This document shows positions 14,314 through 27,900 of a DNA stretch of 64,000 nucleotides, piece by piece (the stretch's first letter is position 1; each line of letters starts with the position of its first letter). Under the pieces are notes generated by a model that saw only the letters and a program-made list of their open reading frames with translations, was not told where the DNA came from and did not search any database. Source of the stretch: Eledone cirrhosa (taxonomy: Eukaryota). A program made the translations under genes and the position numbers. The stretch spans positions 31,124,001 through 31,188,000 of the forward strand of contig OZ024752.1 of NCBI GenBank assembly GCA_964016885.1. Direction: 5' to 3'.

Positions 14314-15451
14314 TTAAACATTCAAAACCTCTGTTAGTATTTAGTGAAACTTTTTAATACAACCACCTTTAAATATTCAAAACCTCTGTGTTAGTATTTG
14401 GTGAAACTTTTTAACCCTTTAGCATTTAAACCAGCCATATCCGGCCAGAATTCTCTCACCTCTTTCTGTTCAAACTGGCCCTAACCGGCCATTCATAGTG
14501 ATGTTAAGGTATTGTTCTCAACCCAATTAATATCGAAACATCATTGATTCCATATTATGTGAGGTAAAGCCTTTACCACGAAAATATAACAGTAAATATA
14601 GAGTAATGTAAATGATCCCACGAGAAAAAATAATGAATATTTAATTTTACAAATTCACGTTTGGTGTGTCTGTGTGTGTTGGATATGTGTGTTGGTGTTG
14701 GGTGTGTGTTGTGTGGTGGTGGTGGTGGGTGTGTGTGTGTATATGTGTTGGGGGTGTGTGTGTCTGTGGGCGTGTGTGTTTAAATATGGCTGTTGGAAAC
14801 TTCGTTAGCAAGTGCTTTATATTTAAATATGGACGAGGGGTTTCCCATCATTGAACTACGTGATCGATTAATCTTCAACTTGCTAGAAATATCAACCAAA
14901 TCACCCTCCAATCACACCACACCCCCGACGTCTTACATAAAAAAAATGGCATATTTAGTTGATAATGTTTTAGATAGCTATAAAATACAAGATGGTCATG
15001 GTTGGAACCATTGTTATATGTTTACTGGAATGAGACGACAACAACATCAAACATCTGTACCGCTTTGTTTAGTTTTTACACTGATATATAGTAGTATATG
15101 TAACACATACTTTGGTATTTTTACCAATAATAATAATAATAATGATTTCTACTATAGACACAAGGTCAGCAAATTTGGGGGAGGGGAAAGTCGATTAAAT
15201 CGACCCTAGTATGTCACTGGTACTTTATTTTATTGACAGCCATAAGGATGAAAGGCAAAATTAACCTCGGCGGGATTATGATCTGAGTTCAAATCCCGCC
15301 ATCCTTACCGAGTCGATAAAATAAAGTACCAGTAATGTACTGGGGTCGATTTAATCGACTTCCCCCTCCCTCCCCTCAAATTACTGGCCTTGTGTCTATA
15401 CTAGAAACCATTATTAGTGGTCTTCCCCGCCTCGACACCGTAGAGGCTCTT

Positions 15452-15490
<39 letters not shown>

Positions 15491-18119
15491 GTTTCTACTT
15501 TTGGCACAAGGCCAGGAATTACTGGGGTGAATTTAATCGACTTTACCGTTCCTTCAAATTGCTGGCCTTGTGCCTAAATCAGAAACCATTATTATTATTG
15601 GTAAATCTAAAGCAAAGCATCCGTTGGGGTTCGGTAAGATTTTTTTTTCTTCGTATTTTCAATTAATCTGACTTCTGACGTGCTCACAATCGACTATTTT
15701 TTCCCCCCCGAAAAATCCCCCCATTCCATTTTCGGGAAAAAAAAAGTGGGTTGTGATCATATTGGAGATCAGATTAGTCAAAAACATGCGAAAAACCCTA
15801 GAAAAAAATACTACCAAAAAAAAAACAACAAAAACAAAACAGAAAAAAGCAACAATTTCTTAGCAAACCCCCAGCTGGTGTTTTTCTCTAAATTTACCGA
15901 TTTCTTTCTGCTTTTTTTTTTATAAGTATTGCAATGTGTATGACGACACATTATATTCCTCCTATATAGAAGCTGTGAGCAGCAGTATTAGATTGCTTGG
16001 AAGAAGACAACATAGCTACTGGATCAATAATAGCAGCTTTACCAAACATGGCTATTTAGACCATGTGCTAGTGTTGACAGAGAATTCCCTCTCGTTATAT
16101 CATAGAAAAGTGGAGTTTTGAAACAGTGAGAAGCTGAGTCATATCGGCCAAATGGATTAAGGCAGAGAGAGAGACAGAGAGGAAATTGGTGAATAAATGT
16201 GGTATTTGGCTCAAAGAAAGTTCTTATGTTCATTAACCACTCTAGACATTTTGGTGTGTCTTGAATGGTGGGTGATATATTAAAATTTTACTTGAGTAAA
16301 TTTCAGTTTTCTCCCCTCCTCCTTTTAATCACACCACTACATCTTTCTGTTTTCATCCCTCATCCCCAAACAACTCTCCATTTCCCCCACTCAGTACATC
16401 CATCGCCCTTCACCATTCACAACTCTCTTAGCCATCCCACCTTCAGCCTCTCTCTTCCCTTAACTTTCTTTTCCCTCAACTTTCTTTTCCCTCTTCACTC
16501 TCACACTCCCCCCCTCCTCCTCACTCCTAAATCATCCTGTCCTTTTAATTCTTTTTCCATATATGTGTCCACTGCTCAAGTGACATAACAATAATACTTT
16601 CTCTTCTTCCCTCTCAGACAAAAGACAAGGATCTGAAACATTGGATTCTTCATTCCTCATGTCAGTTGAATTTATCAAACTTTCTTGTGGATTAATTCTT
16701 GCTGCCACAAACTTAACTATTTCCCTCGTATATCAAATTTTACTCTGTCATGACAAAAAGCATCCAGAACACACTGTATATGTGGTTAGCATTAGGAAGG
16801 GCATCCAGACGTAGAAACCAAGCCAAAGTCAGTTCTGTATGAACAAGACATGGTTATCCGACATGGCCTATCTCATAACGAGACAGATCGTCTAATCCAT
16901 GCTAGTGTGCAACATGGACGTTAAAAGGTAATGATGATGATGGCTAAGTTAATACACAAAATTATCAGAAATAAGTGTCAGATCATCATAAAATGTTACC
17001 TGCAACAGACTGTTATCTTAAACTTAGGTTTCTGTTTAATGGAGCTAAGTGTCAAATCTTATCTCTGGGTTTCATAGGTCTATCACTCTCTGATTGATCG
17101 ACAGATCCTAGACCTCATTCGCTTGACGAGTTGGGCGGACCTCGTCAAATCAGACCAAGGAAACAATGTTTCCATTGATTTTTTTTTTCATTACTGATAC
17201 TATCTACTGGTTGCAACTCCTGGCAGATAAAGTGTGAAATAAAGTGTCTTGCTCAAGGACACAACACATCACCCAGTCCAAGAAATGAACTCACAACCTC
17301 ACGATTGTGAACCCAACTCTCTAACCACTAAGGCATGCACCTCCTATAAATTTCATTTTATTTTATAGCTTCCCATCTGGTTTTCTAGCAACTACACGTC
17401 TTATAGTCTAGTTATAATTATGTGCTGACACTTCCATTTCACCTGACTTGCTCAACTAATTCTTACATTAATTTATATTAATAACTTTTTACTTCAAATG
17501 TTCACATGACACGCCTATGTTTATTTATTAGAAACATTAAGAAGTAGGAAACAAGCCCTACTCTTCAATATAAATGATTAAATGTTTAAAACTACATCTA
17601 ATACCACACCTATTCTTCCAAGGACACTTTCAGGAAGCATAGTGTGAAAAGAATGTTACATAATAACTACCCTCACTACAGATAAAGTAATATTACTGCA
17701 TGAAGGAGGAAAATGTAACGAGTGCCTTTCATGGTTATCTTTCAAGAGAGTATTCTAGGGTGTAATGTCTAGGGTATTTCAAAGTATCATGTAGTATTAG
17801 ATTTAGTTTTAACCCTTTAATGTTCAAACCGGCCAGAATTCTCTACCTCTTTCTGTTCAAACTAGCTGTAACCGTTCGCTCAAACTGGTGTTACGGTATT
17901 GTTCTCAAAATAAATACTTGCAAAATCTCATAGATTCGATATTCATCATCATCATCGCCATCACCATTTTACGTCCGCTTTTCCCTGCTTGCAAGGGTTG
18001 GATATTATGTGAGATAATTATGTGAGGTAAAGCCTTTACAATGAAAATATAATAGGAAATATAGAGTAATGTGAATACTAAAGGTATTTGTGCTTTCATA
18101 TTATTATAGTTGTATGGTA

Positions 18120-18343
18120 GGGTGGTGGATTGGCAGTATCGGTAGAGGGTTGGACGCCATGCTTTCCATCCAGCATAGAGTTACGGCCCTCTATGATCTG
18201 AGTTCAAATCTCGCCGAGGTTAACTTTGCCTTTCATCCTTACGGGGTCGATAAAATAAAGTACCAGTCACGCACTGGGATCGATTTAATCACCCCCCCCC
18301 CAAAAAAAAAATTGCTGGCCTTGTGCCTATATAAGAAACCATA
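18120..18343 (+). mobile_element. tRNA-derived SINE family A (Meta/MESC-like central domain), full-length example
   Basis: A-box-like TGGCAGTATCGG, B box GTTCAAATC, core GCCTTTCATCCTTACGGGGTCGATAAAATAAAGTACCAG. More than 25 full or partial copies, e.g. 2022-2168, 7128-7220(-), 12250-12433, 20153-20325(-), 24850-25075, 30759-30980, 33772-33932, 36134-36325(-), 44681-44868, 57405-57625. Confidence 0.9.
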
Positions 18344-19714
18344 ATAGTTGTATGGTAAAAAATGTTGGGCTTATGATCATAATCTTGTGGGTTCAATTCC
18401 TGGACTGGGTTGTGTGCTGTCTTCTTAAATAAAACATGTCATTTCATGTTTCTCCAGTATACTTAGCTGAAAATGAGAACCAGCAGTAGCTGGGGGTTTA
18501 ACCCTGCGATGGCTTGGAGTCACTGTTGCTAGTTGTGTTCAGTTTCTAATAACTGAAGCTTCCATCTTTGCTAAATTGACATTTTGGTTTTTTGATTTTA
18601 GTCTCCGTTTCCACATTAGGAACTTTTCCTTTAATTCTTCAACTGATTGAACTATGAAAACCTATGTTACTGACATACAGGAGTTCCCATGAACAACTGG
18701 TTCTGAGATCCTTTGTTATGGCTAAAGACCAAGTTATGATTGACAGCTACCTACCTGTAGGATAAATTCCTCACTGAGTTTGTTGCTAATTGTCACCTGT
18801 ACATGATTTTCAGAGCAATCATAAGCCATTCTCCTATTGCTAATAGTCTGAAGTTCAAGCACAAACCCAAACTACTAACTCATTCTCCTGATGAAGAGAG
18901 TAATAATTCTCCTCTTTACTTTTATGAATTGGTCCTAACACCTATTTAGAGATTGTCTCAAGCCAGGAGATTCATCATGCCAGTATTTATCCTGATTTCT
19001 GTGGTATGAAGCGACTGAAATTACAAGACTCTCTCTGGACAGGATGCTAGTCCATCGCCGGATTAAACCCCCAGTTACTAGTGGTACTCATTTTCAGCTG
19101 AGTATACTGGAGCAATGTGTTTTGCACAACCCACTTCAGGTATCGAACCCATGACATTACCTGCTGTATTGACTCTTTTCCAAAATATTTTCTTTGCCTT
19201 TATATCAATATCCACAATGATGTAGCTACCCAGTCTTTGATAACACCTCCCTCTACTACCCGTTTTAATATATCAGTAATCACCATATGTTCTACATGGG
19301 ATATTTTTAGCCTTTCTTTGATTATCCGAAAAACCTACTGCCTTCCACACCAGCATATCCTTAATAACCACTTTCTACCATAAAGCAGAACCCCAAAAGC
19401 TTGTTACTTGGTATGATCTACTTGGTATGGTCTAACCCTAACCTCTATTTTTCACACACATTTCCTTCAATCAGCAACCACTCATTGTATTATTTCCTTG
19501 CCTTCATTCTTCTCAATGAGGGCAAGTTCATTGTTATCATTCTGGATATACTTTTTCCATATGATATCCTGATTTACCCTGATACAATCCCAAACTCTTC
19601 ATACTTCTGATCTTTATAGCAAACCTCTTTAACCCTTTAGCATTTACATTACTTTATATATACTACTGTATTTTCACGGTAAACACTTTATATCATATCT
19701 TATGAGATTTTGAT

Positions 19715-19892
19715 CATCATTATCATCATCATCATCAATTTGTCTGCTTTTCCCTGCTTGCAAGGGTGGGACCGGTCCTATTCAGCACAGCATCTCTCCA
19801 CTTGTCAGAGTCCTTCGTCATCTCCTCCATGAGCTTCAGCGATCTGAGGTCTGCTCTCACCACCACCGCCCATGTTTTCCGTGGTCTTCCTC
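19715..19892 (-). mobile_element. RTE LINE 3' end (second family) inserted in a piggyBac MITE
   Basis: The minus strand encodes RGRPRKTWAVVVRADLRSLKLMEEMTKDSDKWRDAV and ends in a (GAT)n tail. TTTGAT is duplicated on both sides. Confidence 0.8.
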
Positions 19893-21481
19893 TTTGATAT
19901 TATTTATTTTATGAACAATACCTTAACATGAGTATGAGCAGCCAGTTACAGCCGGTTTGAACAGAAAGAGGTAATAGAATTCTGGCCGGATACAACTGGT
20001 TTAAATGCTAAAAAGGGTTAAGCTTCTCATTTTGCTTTATAAGCCAAGTAATCCCAGTGGAAGACCTGGATGGAAGTGGTGAGAGCTGATCTCAGATGCT
20101 GTACTAAGAAGAACCTGTCCAACCCATGCAAGCGTGGAACAACGGACATAAAATAATTGTTTCTACTTTTGGCACAAGGCCAGCAATTACCCAGTACATT
20201 ACTGGTACTTTATTTTATCGACCCCCGTAAGGATGAAAGGCAAAGGTAACCACGGTGGGATTTGAACTCGGATCATAAAGGGACGTAACTCCATGCTTCA
20301 AAGCATGGTGTCCGACTTTCTGATACCTTATGTTTAGCTTCTCTTCTAGCTACCAAGGAGTGTTATTTGCTTCCTCTTTTCTTCAACTCTTTCAGTGCCT
20401 GTTATATTTTATAACAGGCATATATTTGTATAGACACACTAGTCTGTGGAGGCACGTTGCCTAGCAGTAAGGGTTTTGGACTTAAAATCATAATGCCATG
20501 GGTTCAATTCCTGAACTGGGCTGTGAGTTGTTTTTGAGCAAACCACTTCATTTCACATTACTCCAATAAACTCAGCCGAAAATGAGTACTTATATATATC
20601 ATCATCATTTCATTTTACGTCCACTTTTCCCTGCTTGCAAGGGTGAGACGGGAACTGATTCTGGCTTGATTTCTACAGCTGGATGCCCTTCCTAACACCA
20701 ACCTCATTTACATTGAGTGCTGGATGCTTTTTTGCAGTGGAATGATAGGGACCCCAGTCCCTATCATCTCATTTCTACAGCTGAGTAAACTGGAGCAATG
20801 TGAAATAAAGTGTCTTGCTCAAGGAAACAACACATCACCCAGTCTGAGAATTGAACTCACAACCTTTCGATTGCAAGGCCAATGCTCTAACCACATATAT
20901 ATATATCAAGTAAGAATATTTTTGAAACAGCAAGTGAGTTTGAAATTATAAATATAAGTTATTGCCGTATTTTGACTAAAGAAATTAAAGAAAGTACGTC
21001 AATACTCATCTTTTTCCATTTCTCCGAGGGTTCTTAACCCCACTATCAGGCTAAATAATTTCTTTAATTTCTTCAGTCAAAATATGGCGATAGCTTATAT
21101 TTTTATATATATATATATATGTAGACGCGTTCTTGAGACTAGTAAAATGAGGTATCCTCTTGATAAGTCGGCAGACCTCGCAAGGACTCTATATCTTTGA
21201 TATATTGTTTTTGTTTATGCCACGAAACTACGTAGTCGAGGAATTTAGGAACAGTTTAGGTATGATACATTTTATTACTAATTATATCTAAATGTTTCTT
21301 CTCTCTTCATAATGTATTTTTAACTCTGATACTGGTTCAGTCTGGTTCAAACTGAATTAGTCTGTCCCAGTCATTCATTGAGCAACATCGGTGAAGTTGG
21401 CACCCTTAACTCACAGTTGGGTGCGGATGCATTCATGTATATATGTGTGTGTCCGCATGTATCTGTGTGTTTCTAAATATA

Positions 21482-21517
<36 letters not shown>

Positions 21518-21792
21518 GAGTCTGTGGTACTGGGACCAGAAAGACCACAAATCAAAGAAGTACTCGATACATGGTAAGATGCAGAGTGGGTATATTAGTG
21601 GAAGTAGACTTCGGCTATCTCTTTTAGAGGTAACTAGCCACAACTGGTGAGTAAATGTGGTTAGTGTTAGGAAGGATATCCAGCTGTAAAATACCCAGCC
21701 ATATTTACAGTCCTCATCGGAGCAAGGTACTTGCCTCTCAGCATGGACGACCCATCTAACTCAAGCAAGCATGGAAAAATGGACACTAAATG

Positions 21793-21837
<45 letters not shown>

Positions 21838-21870
21838 CCCATGCTAGCGTGGAAGATGGATGTTAAACGA

Positions 21871-21916
<46 letters not shown>

Positions 21917-21918
<2 letters not shown>

Positions 21919-22182
21919 GGGCACATGGCCTAGTGGTTAGAGCTTTGGCCTTGCAATCAAAAGGTTGTGAGTTCAATTCTCAGACCGAGTGATGTGTTGT
22001 TTCCTTGAGCAAGACACTTTATTTCACTGCAAAGTGGTCGTGGAGGTGCCACGGCAAAAAAAGCACCCAGCACTTGCTGTAAATGATGTTGGTGTTAGGA
22101 AGGGCATCCAGCTGTACAAATCAAGCCAGAATCAGTTCCCGTCCCACCCTTGCAAGCAGGGAAAAGCGGACATAAAATGAAA

Positions 22183-22185
<3 letters not shown>
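21917..22185 (+). mobile_element. Tripartite SINE: tRNA head, CORE domain, RTE-derived tail
   Basis: TGGCCTAGTGG / GTTCAATTC head, CCTTGAGCAAGACACTTT core, and tail CCCACCCTTGCAAGCAGGGAAAAGC shared with the RTE end at 19715-19892. Inverted near-copy at 20598-20895. Tail-only relatives at 2861-3030, 16745-16940, 22372-22510, 25550-25692 and 26297-26470. Confidence 0.8.
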
Positions 22186-22271
<86 letters not shown>

Positions 22272-23190
22272 CAGGTAAACAGAAATATCAACAAAAATGG
22301 TACAGTATATGGAAGGAATATATTAGTTTAATGTTTGAAATAGTTTGGAAGAGGGGCTTAATATATATATGCGTTAGGAAGGGCATCCATCCTTAGAAAT
22401 CTATCCAGAAACAGTACTATGAGTAAGACACAGTTACCTGACAACCTGTCTAACCCATAATAGCGTGGAAAATGGACATTAAACGATGATGATGGTGATG
22501 ATGATGATGATATAAATACTAAAGAAGCCACCGTGCTGTTGCCTAATCACCAATCATGATAAGAAAGTCACTGTTATTTGTTATCAATGTAATCTCCATG
22601 AAGGCCTCATAAAAACACTCCTGATCCTCTATTAGTCATGATTTTGATACATAAAAATAAAAGTAGTTGTGTTGTCTGACAAATCTAAGCTTATTCATTA
22701 TAAAACACACTCCCATTATTTCAATTACTTTATACATTTCTTTGCTAATCATATACCTGCTCTGCACGCCTCATAGCTGTTACTCACAGAAAATGTTGTT
22801 GTCTTTGTTCCTTTCTCATGAGGAATCTGTCAGAAGCTCACCTCAATCTTACCTCATGGACACAACACACACCTACTAATCTCCATTCCAGCAACTCTAC
22901 AATCTCCCATTGCCTACCTGTCCTTCACCATGCTGATATTGATGGTGATAGCTCTAAAGTGAAGAGCTGAGTTCCCAGAGGTGGACAATTTGGTTGCTAT
23001 CTGTTTTCTGCATCTGGGAGAAACACATTTTATGTGATTGGTTGTTGTTGAAGTGGAATATGGAGTGATATGCCCTCGTTTATAACCAGATGTTAGCATT
23101 AATTGATTTACTATTTAATCCTTCACTCAACATTGAATTACATTTAATTGACATGGAGTATGTTAGTATTTGTTGTCTGATACATGTTAA

Positions 23191-23393
23191 CCCTTTAGCA
23201 TTTAAATGACTATATTTACTATTTTATTTTCACAGTAAAGGCTTTATCTCACATAATATCGAATTTACGAGAGTTTGATATTTATTTTGAGAACAATACT
23301 TTAAAATCAGTATGAGTGGCCGGTTACAGTTGGTTTGAACAGAAAGAGGTGAGAGAATTCTAGCTGGAAACAGCTGGTTTAAATGCTAAAGGG
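23191..23393. mobile_element. piggyBac-type MITE (also 17813-18084, 19633-20017, about 38880-39065)
   Basis: TTAA|CCCTTTAGCATTTAAA ... TTTAAATGCTAAAGGG|TTAA. Confidence 0.85.
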
Positions 23394-23469
23394 TTAAGTG
23401 GCAGTGGAGCTAAACCCTGTTATCTGTTTGATAAGACATGTATACATTTATACCTAAACACTTCTGCAT

Positions 23470-23534
<65 letters not shown>

Positions 23535-25850
23535 GGCTGTCCAAAAGAAATGTGTACTCACTTCAACACCACTCTAATAAATATTGCCTGTACAGGTAAT
23601 CAAAGTTTGTATACATTTTTTGGGGACATCCTCTATATACATATATAACATCTGCCTCCCATGCTAGCAAGGGTGGGATGTGTCTTCACAGACCAACTCT
23701 GTACTGAAGTCGATCTCCTGACCTCCCAGGCAGGCTAGGGTTCTGCATCGCACTTACATAGTCATATGCTCTACTGAGTGCATTTTATTCAGGCACCAGG
23801 ACTCTCTACACATACACACACACACACACACACGTGTGTGAGTGTGTACATGTATGCATGTGTATGTACATGTACATATAAGGATAAACATAGAACTGAT
23901 GAACACAATGAACATGTTCCAATCTTCTTAAATCTCTTCAGTGAAGTGTATTAACTAAACTTAGTAGTTGGTTTGACTTGGATGGTCAATCGGTTATTTA
24001 TACGTGGAGGAGAGTGAAAGGAACTGTACACTGATTGTGTATATCAACAATAGGTGTAGATAGACAAACAGTTGATATTTCATAATAGATAATACTTTAG
24101 AGAAATAAACCAAAAGTGAATAAAACTACTTTTATTTTTATATATTCATGAATTAATAAATTGACTCTTTCACGTTTGAATGGTAAATGTGTTTCTGCAC
24201 CAAAGAAATTCTCTTTCACGCCAATGATGTGTTGCCTGGTTATAACAACATAGAATATCTGATGAATATTCGACAATAGTACAGGTATTATTTCTGAATA
24301 ACAGCCAAAAACTGATCAGAGTCAATAATATTGATAAATGATTTCACATGTTTAATTCCTGATTCAAAATGGTTTTATTTCTTTTTTATTATTGTTAGTC
24401 TAATATAGTAGTTAAACGATGACGATGATGTAATGTAGTGTTGGTGTAATACAGTGTTGGTGTAATATAGTGTTGGTGTTACAACACTATGTTGTAACAT
24501 TTAGTCACTATTTGACTTCCTTTTCCCATTTGGTTTTCAATAAAATGGTAACATAGATGCTTTTCTTTTTCTCTTCAGGAGATGATTTGTGTTTAATGTA
24601 GGGTACATTTATCACCCTCTCTCTATCCTAATAGATATATAATCTAGGGCCTTTTCACTCCCTGGTTGACATCCACCAATTTGTTTAATTTTGGTCATGT
24701 CTTCAGGGGTGTAGCTTTGCTTGTCATCCTTATGGGGTCGATAAAATAAAGTATCAGTAACACACTGGGGTCAATTTAATCGACTTTCCCCTCCCACAAA
24801 ATTGTTGGTCGTGTGCTTAAATCAGAAATCATTATTATTATTATTATTAAAAGTGTGATGGATTGGCAGCATTGGTAGAGTGTCGGTCATCCTGCTTTGT
24901 GGCATTGTTAACAGCCCTTTATGTTCTCTGTTAAAATCTGGCTGAGGTTAGCTTTGCCTTTCATCCTTACAGGGTCGATAAAATAAAGTACCAGTCACAC
25001 CCTAGGGTCGGTTTAATTGACTTTCCCTTCCCACAAAATTGCTGGCCTTCTGCCTAAATCAGAGACCATTGTCATTATTATTAAAGTGCAGGAACTAAGG
25101 CTGTTTGTTTGTTGATTGAGCCTGACTTTGGGGATTTCTTTGAAAAGATTTCAGAGGAGATGAGAAAAATTATTCTACTCTGAAAATTCTTTGATCTCTC
25201 AGAAACTTGAATTCTTTTAGATATTTTTTTTTCTTTGGTTGTTCTAAGTTTCTTTGATACCCAGAACTGAATGGAATAAAGTCAGCCACATCTCAGAGGA
25301 CTTGCAAAGATCATCTATAACTTCCCATACAGTTAAAGGAAAAAAAGAAAGATTTTCTTGTGAAAAATTAACATTTCTCCATCAGTTAGATGTTTAGTAA
25401 TCTACCTATGCTTATTTAGGTTTGCTATCAGAGACAGTTAAGTTATTGTTGTTTAGTCCAAAGTCCGCCCCAATCCAGTAGAACCATGATTAAAGGTGTC
25501 CCAGTCATGACTAGACTTTCTTTCCACAAACCCTAAACACACATAATCATGATCACCATTTAATGTTCATTTTCTTTGCTAGTATGGGTTAGATAAGTTG
25601 TCCCATTGTCAAATCAGATGACTGAGTCTTGCTCATACAGAACTGTTTCTAGCTTGATATCTACTGCTGAATGCCTTTCCTAATACCAACAGATATATAT
25701 ATATACAATGAAATTCCGTGATAATGAAAAATTCATTGTAACAAGATTGGCCGAAACAAATCGAGCATTTGTTTATTAACTCTGGGATTGAAAAAAAATA
25801 TTCGTTATAATGGAATTTTACCTGTATATATAGTTCACAGTTTGATTGTA

Positions 25851-25889
<39 letters not shown>

Positions 25890-26610
25890 ATTGTATTTCT
25901 CTCTATCAAGTCCACTCTCTCTATCTCTCTCTGTTTCCTGTTATCTGTCCATTTATGTGTTCAGTATATATTTAGATGTCTTGTTTACGGTGAAAAAAGA
26001 AGCACTCAATACTGACATTTCTGCAATGCCCTTTACCTTACAATTATGTTTCTCTATAAATCACATTTCTTCAATTTCTCTTCAACTAAAATTGCATTTT
26101 TACTATTTCTTACATAGGCACATATGTTTTGTGTGTGTGTGTATATATTCACATACAAACTTTTCACACACACACACGTGTGTGTGTGTGTGAAAAGTAA
26201 ATGGAAAAAACAACAGATGATGAAATTTAATGAAGATATATATGTTTTACACCTAATATGGTAGGAGGTGTTGGTGTATACACACACATTTATATATCAT
26301 GATCATCATTTAATGTCCATCTTCCACGCTAGCATGGGTATGGACGGGAATTTTCCCACTTGAGGCAAGATTGGTTGTCTTGCTCGTATAGGACTGTCTG
26401 GCGGGTTTTCTATGGCTGGATGCCCTTCCTAACACCAACCACGTTTACAGTGTGGAACTGGGAGGTTTTTACCGTGTTACCTACACGGCCACATTACAGC
26501 GTGGACTGTGTGTTTTTTTGTCGTGACACCTACACGACCTCATTTGTTTCGGACTGGATGTTGTGGTACCAATATAACTTTGTGTATATATATATATATA
26601 TATATATGTA

Positions 26611-26730
26611 GATCCTGGGTTAAATCGGGGATAACCACAGTAAGTAAGGTACTCAATACATAGCAGAGTAAAAGTAATTTAATATAGAAATGGCTTCTAC
26701 AGGACTAGAACTGTTTCATTTGGAGGAAAT

Positions 26731-26736
<6 letters not shown>
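26611..26736 (-). mobile_element. Family P2 hammerhead cassette, truncated at (C)UGAUGA
   Basis: Minus strand reads TGATGA-TTTCCTCCAAAT-GAAACAG-TTCTAGTC-CTGTA-GAAGCC. Homologous to 37131-37260. (TA)n on both sides. Confidence 0.7.
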
Positions 26737-26768
<32 letters not shown>

Positions 26769-26842
26769 GCATATATGTATGCTTATATATATATACATAC
26801 ATGCATATATGTATGCTTATATATATGGTGAGAGAGACATAC

Positions 26843-26893
<51 letters not shown>

Positions 26894-27149
26894 GTTTTAA
26901 AACAAATTCCTGTAGTTTCAGTTTACATAATGAACTAAATTCCATTCTTGCTATAAATATACAAATATAAAATATGGACCATACTTATTCTTGTATTACA
27001 AAAATAACTTTATAATAGTGAAAATCAATATCCATCTCAGATTCGCGCAATTATATGGTACTCATGACACTAACAAGGTCATTTTTGTAAATCTTAAACT
27101 TGTGGAGATTTGAATTTTCTGATGGATTTTATCTGGGTAAAAGACCCTG

Positions 27150-27780
27150 AAGTTAAGGAGAGAAACACTTGCTTGAGTGTGTGTGTGTGTGGGTGGGGGG
27201 GGGTCTCTTTGCTTGAGTGTGGGGTTTCTTCTCTGAACACCTGTTGTCCTGAGAGTTTTTTTTAGCACCCTCAAGCAAGTGGTTTTTAGAAGTTACGGAC
27301 CGAAATACTTGCTTGAGAGTAGGGTGAGTGGAGGGGAGGGGGGGTCTTTTCTGAAGACCTTTTGTTATCCAGCTCTCCTGAGAGTCACCTACCACTCTCA
27401 AGCAAGTGTTTGTTAGAAGTTAAGGGCCGAAATATTTGCTTGAGTGTGAGGTTTCTTCTCTGAAGACCTGTTGTCCAGCTCTCCTGAGAGTTTCTTAACA
27501 CTTTCAAGCAAGTATTTTTTTAGAAGTTAAGGGCATTTGCATGAGTGGAGGTTTCTTTTCTGAAGATCTTCTGAGGTCCAGCTCTCCAGGGCCAAAACAC
27601 TTGCTTGTTGGGGATGGGAGTTTTTCTCTGTAGAACGTCTGTTGTCCAGTTCTCCTGAGAGTTCTTACCATTCTCAAGCAAGTGTTTCTTATAAATTTTG
27701 GGCCAAAATACTTGCTGGAGTGTGGGGTTCTTCTCAGAAGACCTATGCTGTCAAGTTATCCTGGGAGTTTCTTACCACTT
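27150..27780. repeat. Degenerate ~110-bp tandem repeat with an internal inverted repeat
   Basis: Recurring ACTTGCTTGAG..CTGAAGACC..CTCAAGCAAGT..AGAAGTTAAGGGCC, 5-6 units. Confidence 0.8.
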
Positions 27781-27851
27781 GTACTACAAAAGCACTGCAA
27801 ACCTACTTTCAACCAACAACTACATTCACACACACACATTCTACATGCATG

Positions 27852-27900
<49 letters not shown>

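Noticed and set aside
16613-16650. Degenerate hammerhead after a pyrimidine-rich tract
   Set aside because: The core (CAGACAA) is too decayed to call. It may be an old PLE tail.
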